A stretch of DNA of 64,000 nt, taken from NCBI GenBank assembly GCA_016196125.1, contig JACPYG010000004.1, forward strand, positions 138-64,137, given 5' to 3'. Under the pieces are notes generated by a model. That model saw nothing but the letters and a program-made list of their open reading frames with translations, did not search any database and had not been told where the DNA came from. The translations under genes and the position numbers were made by a program. The first letter of the stretch is position 1, and the number at the start of each line of letters is the position of its first letter. Shown piece after piece: positions 9,430-20,355 of this stretch. This DNA comes from Candidatus Staskawiczbacteria bacterium. Its GTDB lineage: Bacteria > Patescibacteriota > Minisyncoccia > Minisyncoccales > Staskawiczbacteraceae.

Positions 9430-11052
9430 ATGGCACAACTTTCCGAAGCCACGCAAAGGTTAATTGCAAAATACAATCTTTGGCAACAATCTCAAAAACC
9501 GAAAGAAGGCGTATCAACAATACATGTTGATGAAGTAGTCTCAAGGGTTGCCGCTTTTTACGAATACATAAGAACAATTGTTGACTGGAAAGAAGAACAC
9601 TTGATGCGCAGGTCTGCCATCATCAGAAAACTAAAAAGAAGATTTTTAAACTTAGAATTAAATAATTTTTCTGAAAAAGAAGAAATTGCAGAACCTTTAA
9701 TATTAGAATTAATTAGAGGAGGACACTTCCCCAACGATAATATTGAAGAATCAAAAATAGCAGATGTCAAAAAAGTAATAGACAAGTATATTTTTATTTT
9801 AAAAAACAGCATTGAGAATAAAAAAGGCAGAGCCGGACTGCAATTTTACAACTGGCTTTTGGAAATTGCCGCCTGTGAAATAGAAGAAACTTTAGCCACA
9901 TACACAAAAGAAACCGCCCTGATAGATTATATGTTTGATTTGATGAAAGAAAGAATAAGAGTCGGCGAAGATGTTTTTAAAAGAAAGTTATTAAAAGAAG
10001 AAGAAAAAGACATACAAATATATATTGCCGTACAACAATCCTTGTTTAAATTCGATAAGCCGATTATCAGCTATAATCTTATTAAATATAAATACCCTCA
10101 ATGGAAAAATACCGATGAGGATTTGATTTTAAAAATATCTCAAAATATCCACAAAATATGGAAAAGAATTGAAAAAGATTTATTGCATCCCCTAAATAAA
10201 AAGTTTTACGCAATCTGCGAAAAATATGATACTCCTTATTTGCTTTTAGGAGATATCTTATCTCAAAAAAGCGCCATAGAGACCGGCAGAGAAATCCAGA
10301 AACCGCCTGTTTTAGAGCAACTGTTAAGATCGTCTTATTCTAAAAGATTATCAACTCTCAAAGCAAGGCTTTCTCGGGCAGCCGTTTATTCTACTATATC
10401 AATTTTTATCACAAAAGTTCTTTCTCTGTTAATTTTAGAAATAATTTTATTTAAAGTTTTTGAGGAAAATTTCAATATAATAATTTTAGCAACAGATGTT
10501 TTGTTGCCTACTATCTTAATGTTTATTTTAGTGGCGACAATCAAGCTTCCTTCAGATAAAAATTTAAGTCTGGTAATAGTGGAAACAATGAAAATTGTTT
10601 ATCAAAATGAAAAAACAGATATTTATGATATAAAAATCCTCAAAAAAAGAGGAGTTATTACCAGAATGATCATTTCTTTTGTTTATCTTTTGGGAGCTTG
10701 TGTTTCTTTTGGTTTTATCTTTTGGATTTTTTATTTGTTCAAATTCTCTACCACTTCCATTATCATAAACTTTATATTTATTGCCTTAATTATTTTTGCC
10801 GGAATGGCAATAAGAAAAAGAGCAGAAGAACTTACTGTAGAAAACGACTATGACGGTTTTTTAAGTTTTTTATCCGATATATTATTTTTACCTGTTGCCG
10901 GAGTAGGACGATGGCTATCAAATAAATGGAAAAGGTATAATGCGGTTTCCGCTTTTTTTAATGCTTTAATTGACATGCCATTTTCTGTTTTTGTGGAGTT
11001 TTTAGAAAGATGGCGATATTTCATAAAAGAAAGAAAAGAAGAAATCCGTTAA
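9430..11052 (+). CDS. Conserved hypothetical membrane protein
   Basis: 540-aa ORF with several C-terminal TM segments; no motif recognised. Confidence 0.8.
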   Translation: MAQLSEATQRLIAKYNLWQQSQKPKEGVSTIHVDEVVSRVAAFYEYIRTIVDWKEEHLMRRSAIIRKLKRRFLNLELNNFSEKEEIAEPLILELIRGGHFPNDNIEESKIADVKKVIDKYIFILKNSIENKKGRAGLQFYNWLLEIAACEIEETLATYTKETALIDYMFDLMKERIRVGEDVFKRKLLKEEEKDIQIYIAVQQSLFKFDKPIISYNLIKYKYPQWKNTDEDLILKISQNIHKIWKRIEKDLLHPLNKKFYAICEKYDTPYLLLGDILSQKSAIETGREIQKPPVLEQLLRSSYSKRLSTLKARLSRAAVYSTISIFITKVLSLLILEIILFKVFEENFNIIILATDVLLPTILMFILVATIKLPSDKNLSLVIVETMKIVYQNEKTDIYDIKILKKRGVITRMIISFVYLLGACVSFGFIFWIFYLFKFSTTSIIINFIFIALIIFAGMAIRKRAEELTVENDYDGFLSFLSDILFLPVAGVGRWLSNKWKRYNAVSAFFNALIDMPFSVFVEFLERWRYFIKERKEEIR

Positions 11053-11055
11053 AAA

Positions 11056-11967
11056 ATGAAGCCATCAGACAAGCTTATCGTAATTTTAGGACCGACAGCA
11101 TCCGGGAAAACACAACTGGCAATCAAACTTGCCAAAAAATTTAATGGTGAAATTATTTCAGCTGATTCAAGGCAGGTTTATAAAGGAATGGATATCGGTT
11201 CCGGCAAAGTAACAAAAAAAGAAATGCAGGGAATTCCCCACTATCTTTTGGACGTAGCTAATCCCAAAAATAAATTTACCGTAAGCCAATACCAAAAATT
11301 GGTTCAAGTCGCAATAAAAAAAATACGCAAAAAAGATAAAATTCCATTTTTGGTTGGCGGCAGCGGTTTTTATATACAATCAATAGTTGACGAAATTATT
11401 ATTCCCGAGGTTAAACCGGATTGGAAATTAAGAAAAGAACTTAGAAAAAAATCCGCAAAAGAACTTTTCTTGATGTTAAAAAATTTAGACCCGGAGAGGA
11501 CGAAAACAATTGATGAAAATAATCCCCGCAGGTTAATACGCGCGCTTGAAATTGTTATAAAAACCGGCGCAGAGGTACCGGCACTAAATAAATTAAAAAA
11601 ACCGGCATTCAATGTTTTAGAAATTGGCATCGCCAAATCCAAAGATGAGATAAAAAAACTAATCAATAAGAGATTATTAAAAAGATTAAATCAGCCAAAT
11701 GGCGGAAAAATGGTTTTGGAGGTTAAAAATCTTAAAACCTCTGGCCTTTCGTTTAAACGTTTAGAAGAATTTGGATTAGAATACCGCTTTGTCGCGCAAT
11801 ATTTACAAAATAAAATAACTTATCAAGAAATGGTTGATAAGTTAAAAAAAGAAATAGAAAATTTTGCCAAGCGCCAAATGACTTGGTTTAAAAGAGATAA
11901 AAGAGTCCACTGGATAAAAAACTACAAAGAAGCGGAAGAATTAGTTAAAAGCTTTTTGAGAAGTTGA
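11056..11967 (+). CDS. miaA: tRNA dimethylallyltransferase
   Basis: GPTASGKT, ISADSRQVY, VGGSGFY, AKRQMTWF. Confidence 0.97.
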   Translation: MKPSDKLIVILGPTASGKTQLAIKLAKKFNGEIISADSRQVYKGMDIGSGKVTKKEMQGIPHYLLDVANPKNKFTVSQYQKLVQVAIKKIRKKDKIPFLVGGSGFYIQSIVDEIIIPEVKPDWKLRKELRKKSAKELFLMLKNLDPERTKTIDENNPRRLIRALEIVIKTGAEVPALNKLKKPAFNVLEIGIAKSKDEIKKLINKRLLKRLNQPNGGKMVLEVKNLKTSGLSFKRLEEFGLEYRFVAQYLQNKITYQEMVDKLKKEIENFAKRQMTWFKRDKRVHWIKNYKEAEELVKSFLRS

Positions 11968-13457
11968 CCGATTTTTTCCGGATTTGCTGTTCCGCGAGTT
12001 GCTGACATTACTTGTCCCGACAAGAATTGCAAAGCATTTTGCTTGCCGTTTTTATAATCTTTGACTGCTTTTGGATTTTTAAAAATTACTTCTTTTACAA
12101 TTTTTTCCATTTCGCCCTCGTCTTTCATTTGCATCCAATTATTACTATCAATAACCGATGACGGATCAGATCCGGTATTAAACATATCGCTTAAGACCAT
12201 TTTGGCAATTTTGCTTGATATTTCTTCTGAATAAATCATTTTAATAAATTCAGCAAAGTTTTCTGGCGTAATTTTAAATTCAGTTTCTATAAATTGACTG
12301 TTTTGCAACAGTCCCTGAACATCAGAAATAAGATAATTTGAAGTAATCTTAATTATTTTTTTAAATTCACTATCCGTATTTTGCTCAATCCATTCATCGA
12401 GCTCCGATATTACCTTTTCAAAATACTCACTTAGGTCTTTATTTGCAACAAATATCTCAATCGTATTTTGGTCCAAGCCATATTCTTTGATAAATCTTGC
12501 TCTTTTTTGTTCTGGCAATTCCGGAATTTCGCTTTTTATTTTTTCAATAAATTTTTCATCAAAATGCAGGGGCGGCAAATCCGGTTCTGGAAAATACCTG
12601 TAATCATGAGCCGATTCTTTTTCTCTTTGAGAAAAAGTTATTTCTTTTTTATCGTGCCAACCTCGGGTTTCCTGCACAACCTTACCGCCCGATTCTAAAA
12701 TTTCTTGCTGGCGCAAAATTTCAAAATCAATTGACTTTTCAACAACTTTAAATGAGTTCAAATTTTTAATTTCAACTTTAGTGCCAAAACTCTTATTTTT
12801 ACTAAGGCTTATGTTAACTTCTATCCTCATTTGCCCCTTTTCCATATCGGCATCAGAAACTCCCAAATACTTTAAAATTACCTGAAAATCTTGGGCAAAT
12901 TCCCTGGCTTCACTTCCCGAAATTATATCCGGATCGGTTACCAACTCCATTAAAGGAACACCGGCCCTATTTAAATCAATCAATGAATAATCAACCCCTT
13001 CCGGATGTATTAATTTACCGGTATCTTCTTCCAAATGTATTCTTGTTATGCCTATTTTTCTTCGCCCTTCCGAAGCTTTACTGTGTCCGTCCGAAGTCTT
13101 TGACGAAGAAGGATGCGAAGGAGGGTTGTCTCCAACTTTTAAATAACCTTTTTGGCACAAGGGCTGGTCATATTGTGAAATCTGATATCCTTTTGGCAAA
13201 TCCGGATAAAAATAATTTTTCCTGTCGAACTTTGAATCTTTGGCAATTTGGCAATTTAAAGCCAATCCGGTTTTAATAACCTTTTTTATTGCTTCTTCAT
13301 TGGCAACCGGCAAAGCGCCCGGCTGGGCGGTGCAAACCTCGCAAATATTATAATTTGGCCGTTTTTCATCGGGATCATTTTTACACGAGCAAAACATCTT
13401 TGAATTTGTTTTAAGCTCTGCATGTATTTCCAAACCAATAGTGGGCTTATATTTCAT
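11922..13457 (-). CDS. gatB: Asp/Glu-tRNA amidotransferase subunit B
   Basis: IGLEIHAEL, FDRKNYFYPDLPKGYQISQ, YRYFPEPDLP; 46-bp convergent overlap with miaA. Confidence 0.98.
   Translation of the reverse strand: MKYKPTIGLEIHAELKTNSKMFCSCKNDPDEKRPNYNICEVCTAQPGALPVANEEAIKKVIKTGLALNCQIAKDSKFDRKNYFYPDLPKGYQISQYDQPLCQKGYLKVGDNPPSHPSSSKTSDGHSKASEGRRKIGITRIHLEEDTGKLIHPEGVDYSLIDLNRAGVPLMELVTDPDIISGSEAREFAQDFQVILKYLGVSDADMEKGQMRIEVNISLSKNKSFGTKVEIKNLNSFKVVEKSIDFEILRQQEILESGGKVVQETRGWHDKKEITFSQREKESAHDYRYFPEPDLPPLHFDEKFIEKIKSEIPELPEQKRARFIKEYGLDQNTIEIFVANKDLSEYFEKVISELDEWIEQNTDSEFKKIIKITSNYLISDVQGLLQNSQFIETEFKITPENFAEFIKMIYSEEISSKIAKMVLSDMFNTGSDPSSVIDSNNWMQMKDEGEMEKIVKEVIFKNPKAVKDYKNGKQNALQFLSGQVMSATRGTANPEKIGQLLKKLLTNSSASL
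13065..13125. repeat. Nested REP-like palindromes in frame in gatB
   Basis: CCCTTCCGAAGC…GCGAAGGAGGG enclosing TCCGTCCGAAGTCTTTGACGAAGAAGGA; encodes PPSHPSSSKTSDGHSKASEG. Confidence 0.7.
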
Positions 13458-13538
13458 ATTATGTGAATATATCAAAATTCAATTAAATTTACAACAAAAA
13501 AGGGTTTGGAAAAATCCGAACCCCTAACTAAATAATTT

Positions 13539-13989
13539 TTATTCACAAAGGACTTCTTTGTATGCGCCTATTAATTCTTTTAATTCCAAAAGCGCTTCGT
13601 ATTGGCTTCGGTATTCTATTATTTTTTTTTACTGCAGGATTTCCTTTCAATAGGCGGGAAATTTTTCTGCCTTTTTCACAAATAATTACCACTGGCACAC
13701 CGCTTTGACGAGCCATTTCCACTTCAATGCCGCCGCCCCAAGAAGGCGCAATTGGCGCCACAATCAATACAGATGTTTTATTGCAAACCTGATCTCTCTC
13801 TGCCTCATCAACTTGTTGAGGCGTAAAATCAGGATGTTTTAATGGATCGTAATGCTCATGGGGAACAAAGGCCCTTATGCCTGTAATTTCTTGGCAGACA
13901 TCGCCGATTCTTTCGTAAAAACTTTTTGCTTCCTGCGCAGTTTCGGGGCTCAACTCTGTAAGGGGTCCGCAAACGTAGGCAGTTTTCAT
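13539..13989 (-). CDS. Nucleoside 2-deoxyribosyltransferase-like protein, frameshifted in an A9 run near the 3' end
   Basis: AYVCGP, PSWGGGIEVEMA…PVVII; removing one A at 13622-13630 gives the tail VKKIIEYRSQYEALLELKELIGAYKEVLCE*. Confidence 0.7.
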
Positions 13990-14041
13990 TTTATACTCTC
14001 CTTTGCTTTGGGTTGTAAAAGAGCTGGCAAAAAACCAAAAT

Positions 14042-14560
14042 TTACTTTTTTCTTTCTAAAACTACAAATGAATATGAATATAAATTTTTTGCTTGCCCTG
14101 GGTTTATCGAAGGGTCGTCTGGTTCGTGATCAATTCTGCTTATTTCTTTCCAATCTGAAATATCAAATTCAGGAAAAAATGTGTCGCCTTCAAAATTATG
14201 ATGGATATAAGTTAAATATAATTTATTTGCCAAAGGCAAAAATTGCTTGTAAACCGATGCGCCGCCGCAAACCATAACTTCGTCTTCATTTTTTATCATT
14301 TCTAAAGATTCATTTATAGAATGGGCCACAAAACAGCCGTCTGGAGGAACATAGTTCAAGTCATCATTTAAAATAATATGCTTTCTATTGGGCAAAGGTT
14401 TTGAACCAATAGATTTAAATGTATTCAAGCCAAGTATAATTGTTTTATTTAAAGTTTTTTCCTTAAAATATTTAAAATCGGCCGGTAAATGCCAAGGCAA
14501 AGCATTTTTGTTTCCGATTACTCTGTTTTCTGCCACCGCAGATATAATTGAAATCATCAT
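14042..14560 (-). CDS. folA: Dihydrofolate reductase
   Basis: IGNKNALPWHLPAD, GGASVY, GDTFFP. Confidence 0.97.
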   Translation of the reverse strand: MMISIISAVAENRVIGNKNALPWHLPADFKYFKEKTLNKTIILGLNTFKSIGSKPLPNRKHIILNDDLNYVPPDGCFVAHSINESLEMIKNEDEVMVCGGASVYKQFLPLANKLYLTYIHHNFEGDTFFPEFDISDWKEISRIDHEPDDPSINPGQAKNLYSYSFVVLERKK

Positions 14561-14562
14561 AT

Positions 14563-15387
14563 CTAAACCGCCATTGGAGCTTTAATACTCGGATGATATT
14601 TATAATCAACCAATTTTATATCTTCCATTTTAAAGTCGCCAATATTTTTTATTTCCGGATTTAGCCATAATTTTGGCAAAACATAAATTTCCCGGGCTAA
14701 TTGCTCCTTTACCTGTTCAAAATGATTCAAATAAATATGGGCATCTGCCAAAATAATTACGCATTCATATGGTTCCAAACCAACAGCTTGCGACACCATG
14801 TGTAATAATAAAGAATAAGAAGCAATATTAAACGGCACTCCCAAAAATGTGTCGCAGCTTCTTTGATACATCATTAAGGATAATTTCTTGTCAACGCAAA
14901 AAAATTGAAAAAGCAAGTGGCAAGGCGGCAAAGCCATCATGTCTAACTCGGCCGGATTCCAAGCCGAAACGATTATTCTCCTGTCGTTCGGGTTTTCTTT
15001 TAATTTTTTTATGACATTTTCAATTTGGTCAATCGGCGTATCGTTATAAGGGGACTTCCAGCTGCGCCACTGCGCTCCATAAACCCTGCCCAAATCGCCG
15101 TCAAACTTTGCTTTTGGCTTCCAATAAGGGGCTTCTGCATTTCCATCCCAAATATGGCAGCCCAACTTTTGCAATTCTTTTACATCTTGGCTACCTGATA
15201 GAAACCAAATCAGTTCCGCTTTTACGGCTTCAAAAGCTAATTTCTTTGTTGTAACTGCCGGAAAACCGTCTGCCATTTTAAAGCGCATTGGCAAGCCAAA
15301 CAAAGCGCGCGAACCGACACCGGTCCTGTCGGGCCTGTCTGTCCCCTCTTCCATTATTTTTTTTAAAACATCCAAATACTGCTTCAC
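14563..15387 (-). CDS. thyA: Thymidylate synthase
   Basis: DRTGVG, ALPPCH, YQRSCD, GVPFNIASY. Confidence 0.98.
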   Translation of the reverse strand: MKQYLDVLKKIMEEGTDRPDRTGVGSRALFGLPMRFKMADGFPAVTTKKLAFEAVKAELIWFLSGSQDVKELQKLGCHIWDGNAEAPYWKPKAKFDGDLGRVYGAQWRSWKSPYNDTPIDQIENVIKKLKENPNDRRIIVSAWNPAELDMMALPPCHLLFQFFCVDKKLSLMMYQRSCDTFLGVPFNIASYSLLLHMVSQAVGLEPYECVIILADAHIYLNHFEQVKEQLAREIYVLPKLWLNPEIKNIGDFKMEDIKLVDYKYHPSIKAPMAV

Positions 15388-15519
15388 CCCGTTAGAAGTT
15401 AGGGCAAAAAATAATTTTATTAAAAATTATTTTTTGCTTGCACTTTTTAATTATATTATCTTAAAATATTCAACCCCTATTGAAGTTTTTTATTGTTTTA
15501 TTCCAACTTCTAACTGGGC
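15387..15519. mobile_element. Short TIR element, type A, at the tmk stop / thyA start junction
   Basis: CCCCGTTAGAAGTT / AACTTCTAACTGGG; TTCA on both flanks. Confidence 0.75.
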
Positions 15520-15520
15520 T

Positions 15521-16210
15521 TCACAATATTTTTTTAATTATTTTTTTAATATCTTTAAAAACTTCCGGAATAGCCTTTTCGCCATTAACCATGATAACAT
15601 TTTTGAACATTTCGGGCATTTTTTTATAAAACTCACTCACTTTTACAAGTTTTTCTTTTTTCTCAAAAAGCTCTTTTGGCTCTCCCCTGCCTTCAATTCT
15701 TTCCATGCAGGATTCCGGCAAAACATCAATTATGATAGTCAAATCTGGCAATAGAAATTGTTCATTCATTTTTATTAATAATTGTAAATCCAAACCATCC
15801 GAAGCGCCATAGGCAAAAGTTGAAAAAGCATAGCGGTTAGAAAGCACAAATTTGCCTTTTTTTAAAGCGGGAATAACCTTGTTGTCCAAATGTTCTTTTC
15901 TGTCTTGCACATACAAACTTTGCAATTCTAATGGCGTAAGTTTAATTTCTTCCCTTAATGCCTGCTTAATTTTCCTGCCAGCTTCCGACTCCATTGTCGG
16001 TTCTTTTGTTGCAATAACTTGCTTGCCTCTTAAATAATCCAATAAAAGCTCAATTTGGGCGTTTTTACCGGAACCGTCCAATCCTTCAATAACAATAAAC
16101 CCCCCACCTTTTTGTTTTTTAAAAAGAACTTTGCCGTTCATGGAATAATACCAATCATTTCTTGAAAAAAGGTGGGGGGTAAATTTGCCCTGGTAATTGC
16201 CTTTAATCAT
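15521..16210 (-). CDS. tmk: Thymidylate kinase with a 28-codon insertion before the P-loop
   Basis: FIVIEGLDGSGK, TKEPT, DRKEH, RYAFSTFAYG, PDLTIIIDV. Confidence 0.93.
   Translation of the reverse strand: MIKGNYQGKFTPHLFSRNDWYYSMNGKVLFKKQKGGGFIVIEGLDGSGKNAQIELLLDYLRGKQVIATKEPTMESEAGRKIKQALREEIKLTPLELQSLYVQDRKEHLDNKVIPALKKGKFVLSNRYAFSTFAYGASDGLDLQLLIKMNEQFLLPDLTIIIDVLPESCMERIEGRGEPKELFEKKEKLVKVSEFYKKMPEMFKNVIMVNGEKAIPEVFKDIKKIIKKIL
16100..16179. mobile_element. Short TIR element, type B (CCCCCCACC…GGTGGGGGG), in frame in tmk
   Basis: CCCCCCACCTTTTT / AAAAAGGTGGGGGG; TAAA direct repeats; 80+4 = 84 bp. Confidence 0.8.
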
Positions 16211-16818
16211 TTTATAAGTTTTGATAAATACTCTTTATAAACAACCTGAACCCAAGCGCCTGGAGTTCCTTTTATATGCCCTTCAATATCTTTTAAGCCA
16301 ACCAATTCCCCTTTCATTTTATCTGTTTCTTTTATAGAAATTTCAGGGCTATTGCCGACGAAGTTATAAACCAAACCCAAATGAACCGACTCAACCGGCC
16401 TTGAGTCGTCATTTAAAATTCCAATTAACTTTTTTTCCAAAAAATTTCCCTTAAAATCCACTTCTTCCGACCATTCTCGCATCATTCCGGCTTCCAAAAT
16501 ATTTTGGCCGCCATTTACATCAACCGGATTTATATGTCCGCCAACTCCTACTTGATAGCTGTCAACCAATCTTTTCTCTCCCGCCGATTCTAAATATTTA
16601 TAAATAAAGTACTTGTCTTTAAAATTAAAAACAATATAAGGTATTATTTGCTGAAAAGACGGGTCTTCTTCAACATTTCCTCTTCTTTTAAATTGATAAT
16701 TATTATTTATTATGTCCAAATAATAATCCAAATTATCTGTTTTTAAGCCTTGCCACCTGCCTTTTTCAAAAATTATATCAGCCGGCACTACCAAAACTAA
16801 TTCATCGTCTTTTGACAT
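16207..16818 (-). CDS. NUDIX-fold phosphoesterase-like protein
   Basis: QIIPY, GVGGHIN, GMMREWSEE, VHLG. Confidence 0.75.
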   Translation of the reverse strand: MSKDDELVLVVPADIIFEKGRWQGLKTDNLDYYLDIINNNYQFKRRGNVEEDPSFQQIIPYIVFNFKDKYFIYKYLESAGEKRLVDSYQVGVGGHINPVDVNGGQNILEAGMMREWSEEVDFKGNFLEKKLIGILNDDSRPVESVHLGLVYNFVGNSPEISIKETDKMKGELVGLKDIEGHIKGTPGAWVQVVYKEYLSKLIK

Positions 16819-16819
16819 A

Positions 16820-17317
16820 TTATTGATTTTTATATTCTTCTACTGAATTATCAACAACAAAAACTTTTACACCGGCCTTTTCAAATAATTCCATAGACTG
16901 CTTGTCTGCATGATATCTTTTTTGGGCCACAACTCTTTTAATGCCAACGCGCACTATTCTCATGGCGCAATTATAACAAGAAACCATTTTGCAGTAGATA
17001 GTGCCACCTTGGAGCTTTATTCCATCTTTTGCCGCCTGTAAAATCGCATTCTCTTCCGCATGCAAAGTTCTCATGCAATGCTGGGATTGATGTCCGTCTT
17101 CATGGGTTACCGTTTTCATTAAATGACCCACATCATCACAATGAGGCTGCCCCGGAGGAGAGCCAACATAACCAGTGGCCAAAATTGTATTATTTTCGCT
17201 GACTATCACAGAACCGCTTCTGCCCCTGTCGCAAGTTGCGCGTTTGCCTATTGGATCCAATAATCCTAAAAAATATTCATCCCATGTCGGACGCGCGTAT
17301 TTTGTTTTTTCTTCCAT
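16820..17317 (-). CDS. dCMP deaminase (ComEB family)
   Basis: RPTWDEYF, HAEENAI, SCYNC Zn ligands; start uncertain (ORF extends to 17380). Confidence 0.9.
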   Translation of the reverse strand: MEEKTKYARPTWDEYFLGLLDPIGKRATCDRGRSGSVIVSENNTILATGYVGSPPGQPHCDDVGHLMKTVTHEDGHQSQHCMRTLHAEENAILQAAKDGIKLQGGTIYCKMVSCYNCAMRIVRVGIKRVVAQKRYHADKQSMELFEKAGVKVFVVDNSVEEYKNQ

Positions 17318-17425
17318 ATTTTTTAAATAATACTCCTTAAATTGTTCAGCCATTCTATCATTATTATTTTTGTAATACAAATAAAGTAAAGATTGCCATA
17401 AATTATAATGGTTAGCAAAGAATGA

Positions 17426-18139
17426 TTAATTTTTACATTTATTAAATCTACTTAATTGTTTAATTATATAATCCATTTCTTTTTCTGTTTCATCGGGCGA
17501 TATTACGCTTTCAATTATAATGGGACATAAGGGATTTTGAATAGACTTGATTATAATATTTTGTTTTGTTTTATATAAAGCGTCGTGATGGTCTTCGTAT
17601 CCACTTAAATGTGTTTGAACAATTTTATTACCTAATTTTTCATAAAAATAAGAAGCAAGTCTCATTGTATTATCATTTGTATAAACATGATTAACATCTA
17701 ATATTATTTTAAACTTTTCATCAGACAACACAGAAATAATTTCTTCAGGTATTTTAAAATACTTTTTACGGCAATCCATATTTTCAAAAGCTACTGGAAA
17801 AGGGGTATTTTTAAATACATTAAAATCTTGTACGGTATTCGGATGAAAAATTACAATATCAAGCTCGCGTATTTTATTTAGTTTTTGGATTTTATCAAAT
17901 ATAAATTCTGTATCTTTAGTTCTCCCATACGGGAAAACTGGGGCGTGTAAACTAACATATTCAAAATTTTCAATATCACCTTTTGTGATTTCATCAAGTA
18001 ATCCTTTTTTAATATTTTCAATATTAATAAAATTAAGTTCAACAACTCTATATTCTGATTTTTGTAAAAAGTTAAGAGATTCTTTTACGGTAAAATACTT
18101 ATATAATGCTCCTGTTGAAAACCCTATTTTAAAATTCAT
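17426..18139 (-). CDS. Xylose-isomerase-like TIM barrel protein
   Basis: SLHAP, FHP, FENMD, LDVNH, HLSG metal-binding pattern. Confidence 0.75.
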   Translation of the reverse strand: MNFKIGFSTGALYKYFTVKESLNFLQKSEYRVVELNFINIENIKKGLLDEITKGDIENFEYVSLHAPVFPYGRTKDTEFIFDKIQKLNKIRELDIVIFHPNTVQDFNVFKNTPFPVAFENMDCRKKYFKIPEEIISVLSDEKFKIILDVNHVYTNDNTMRLASYFYEKLGNKIVQTHLSGYEDHHDALYKTKQNIIIKSIQNPLCPIIIESVISPDETEKEMDYIIKQLSRFNKCKN

Positions 18140-18213
18140 ATATTGGTATTATAGATTATTTTAAATAATTAAAAAACCCCATGAAATTATATTATCAAAG
18201 GGTTATAACCATA

Positions 18214-18954
18214 TTAATTAATATTAATACCAAAGTGTTTTTTTAATTCTTTAGCAAAATTTGATAGCGTTTTTAATTCTTGGGGGTAGTGAAATTCGTG
18301 CGGGAAATTGGCGATATAGCCATCTATAGGATGACCACTTTCAAGCCAATCTCTGATAACTTCATGACAACGAATACTCCTATCTTGCAAGTGATTAATA
18401 AATTCTTCAGATAGAAGATACGGTGGGTCAATATAGTGTTGTATATTTTTTAATACTGTTTTATCATCACCACTAAATATTTTTACAACCATTTTGATCT
18501 TTTTAACATTGGCTACGGCACATGGATTATTTGATGTTGTTTTATATAAACTAACTGCCACTTTTTAAGTGCTTCCATCTAAAATTATGTTCAAATGATT
18601 GGGATGAATAAGATGGTGGCCATAAAGTACAAGAACATTTTTTGTCCTAATTCTGTCCCTTAATTTATAAACACCATGCATAGTGCCTCTTATAGACGCA
18701 TTAAAATATATTTTTACTCCTTTTTGATTAAATTTATTAATTTGCTCAGAGATTGGCTTTATTAGCTCGCTTCGCTCGATACAAAGAAAAATTCTACCTT
18801 CAATGGCTTCTCTAACTGCTCTTAAAACATATTCTATAGTTGGTATGCCTAAAATTGGAATCAATGATTTGCATCCATATTTTGTGATGAGTTGACCAAA
18901 TCTTGCGCCTCTCCCTCCACTCATGATAATGGCATCAACCTTTTGTCTAGACAT
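18214..18954 (-). pseudogene. Sugar-phosphate nucleotidyltransferase-like gene interrupted by an in-frame TAA
   Basis: AIIMSGGRGARF…KSLIPI; the two ORFs share a frame: …GST TAA AAA GTG… (stop at 18565-18567). Confidence 0.75.
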
Positions 18955-19068
18955 TATAAACTCCTTTGTTTGTTAAAGAACTGGACTGTAATGGACGATA
19001 ATACTTTTATTGTTATTTGTCAAAAATAAACACCATTACGGTTACTGTGACGGTGTTTGTTTTTTAAA

Positions 19069-19494
19069 TTATTCTTTTATTTCTATGCCCATATTTTTTG
19101 CTGTTCCGGCAATTATTTTCATTGCCTGCTCAATATCTTTGGTGTTTAGGTCTTCTATTTTTTTCTGGGCAATTTCTTTTATCTGAGATTTCGTTACTGT
19201 GCCCACTTTCTTTTTATTGGGGGTACCAGAACCTTTTTCAATGCCAGCCGCCTTTTTTAATAATTCTGAAGCCAGGGGTGATTTAAGCCTATAAGTATAG
19301 GTTCTATCAGCATATATGGTTACCGAAGTCGGAACTATAAAACCCGACATTTCTTTTGTCGCATCATTAAATTTCTGGCAGAATTCTCCCATATTTAATC
19401 CGTATTTAGCCAAAGCTGGCCCAATCGGAGGAGCCGGAGTCGCCTTGCCTGCCGGAATTTGTATGTCTACTACTGCTTTTATTTCTTTTGCCAT
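19069..19494 (-). CDS. rplK: 50S ribosomal protein L11
   Basis: AGKATPAPPIGPAL, FCQKFN, GTAKNMG. Confidence 0.98.
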   Translation of the reverse strand: MAKEIKAVVDIQIPAGKATPAPPIGPALAKYGLNMGEFCQKFNDATKEMSGFIVPTSVTIYADRTYTYRLKSPLASELLKKAAGIEKGSGTPNKKKVGTVTKSQIKEIAQKKIEDLNTKDIEQAMKIIAGTAKNMGIEIKE

Positions 19495-19501
19495 AACTTT
19501 T

Positions 19502-20050
19502 TTATAATTTTTTAATTTGCAATGAATCAAGCTCAACCGGCGTATCCCTGCCAAACATATTAATTAATACCTTAATTTTGCCCTTTTCCTGGTCTATTTC
19601 CGAAACTCTCCCTTCAAAACCTTTAAATGGCCCGTCTGTAATTTTAACATTGGCGCCAATCTCAACATCAATTGTAAATTGCGGTTCTGTTCCAACTTCC
19701 ATTCTTTTCATTAAGTCGTCAATATCACGTTTTGAAACTGGGATTGGGGTGGTTTCAGCCCCTAAAAATCCTGTTACCCTTGGAGTATTTCTAACCACAT
19801 ACCACGAAGCGTCGTCTACTATCATTTCCACCAGCACATAACCGGGGTAAATTTTTTCTTCAATTGTTTTTCTTTTTCCGTTTTTAATTTTTATCTTTCT
19901 TTCTTTGGGAACAATAACATTAAAAATTTTATCTTCCATGCCCAAACTATCAATCCTTTGTTTAAGGTTTTTGGCAACCGCATCCTCGTATCCGGAATAA
20001 GTATGTATCACATACCAATTTTTTTCTTGCTCTATTACTTGTTTTGGCAT
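19502..20050 (-). CDS. nusG: Transcription termination/antitermination factor NusG
   Basis: WYVIHTYSGYE, PGYVLVEM, KOW motif DGPFKGFEG. Confidence 0.98.
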   Translation of the reverse strand: MPKQVIEQEKNWYVIHTYSGYEDAVAKNLKQRIDSLGMEDKIFNVIVPKERKIKIKNGKRKTIEEKIYPGYVLVEMIVDDASWYVVRNTPRVTGFLGAETTPIPVSKRDIDDLMKRMEVGTEPQFTIDVEIGANVKITDGPFKGFEGRVSEIDQEKGKIKVLINMFGRDTPVELDSLQIKKL

Positions 20051-20064
20051 AAAATTTTTAAATT

Positions 20065-20259
20065 TTACTTAACAATAAATCTTTTTAGAAGTTCTGCAAA
20101 AAAATAATCCAGCCCGCCCAAAAAAGCAGATACAACTATAATGACTGCCACTATGATTATTGTGTATCGCAAAGCCTCTTTACTCGAAAGCCAGCTTACT
20201 CTTTTTAACTCAACATAAACTTCTTTTAAAAAATGTTTAACTTTTTCTATTATATTCAT
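20065..20259 (-). CDS. secE: Preprotein translocase subunit SecE
   Basis: ELKRVSW plus TM helix; upstream of nusG. Confidence 0.95.
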   Translation of the reverse strand: MNIIEKVKHFLKEVYVELKRVSWLSSKEALRYTIIIVAVIIVVSAFLGGLDYFFAELLKRFIVK

Positions 20260-20355
20260 GTCTTAATTATATCTGATTTTTTCAGTTTTTAAAACGGCCT
20301 TTTCGGCCGCTTTTATATTTACCCTTATATTAGCCGATGCAAATTAACAAGTCAA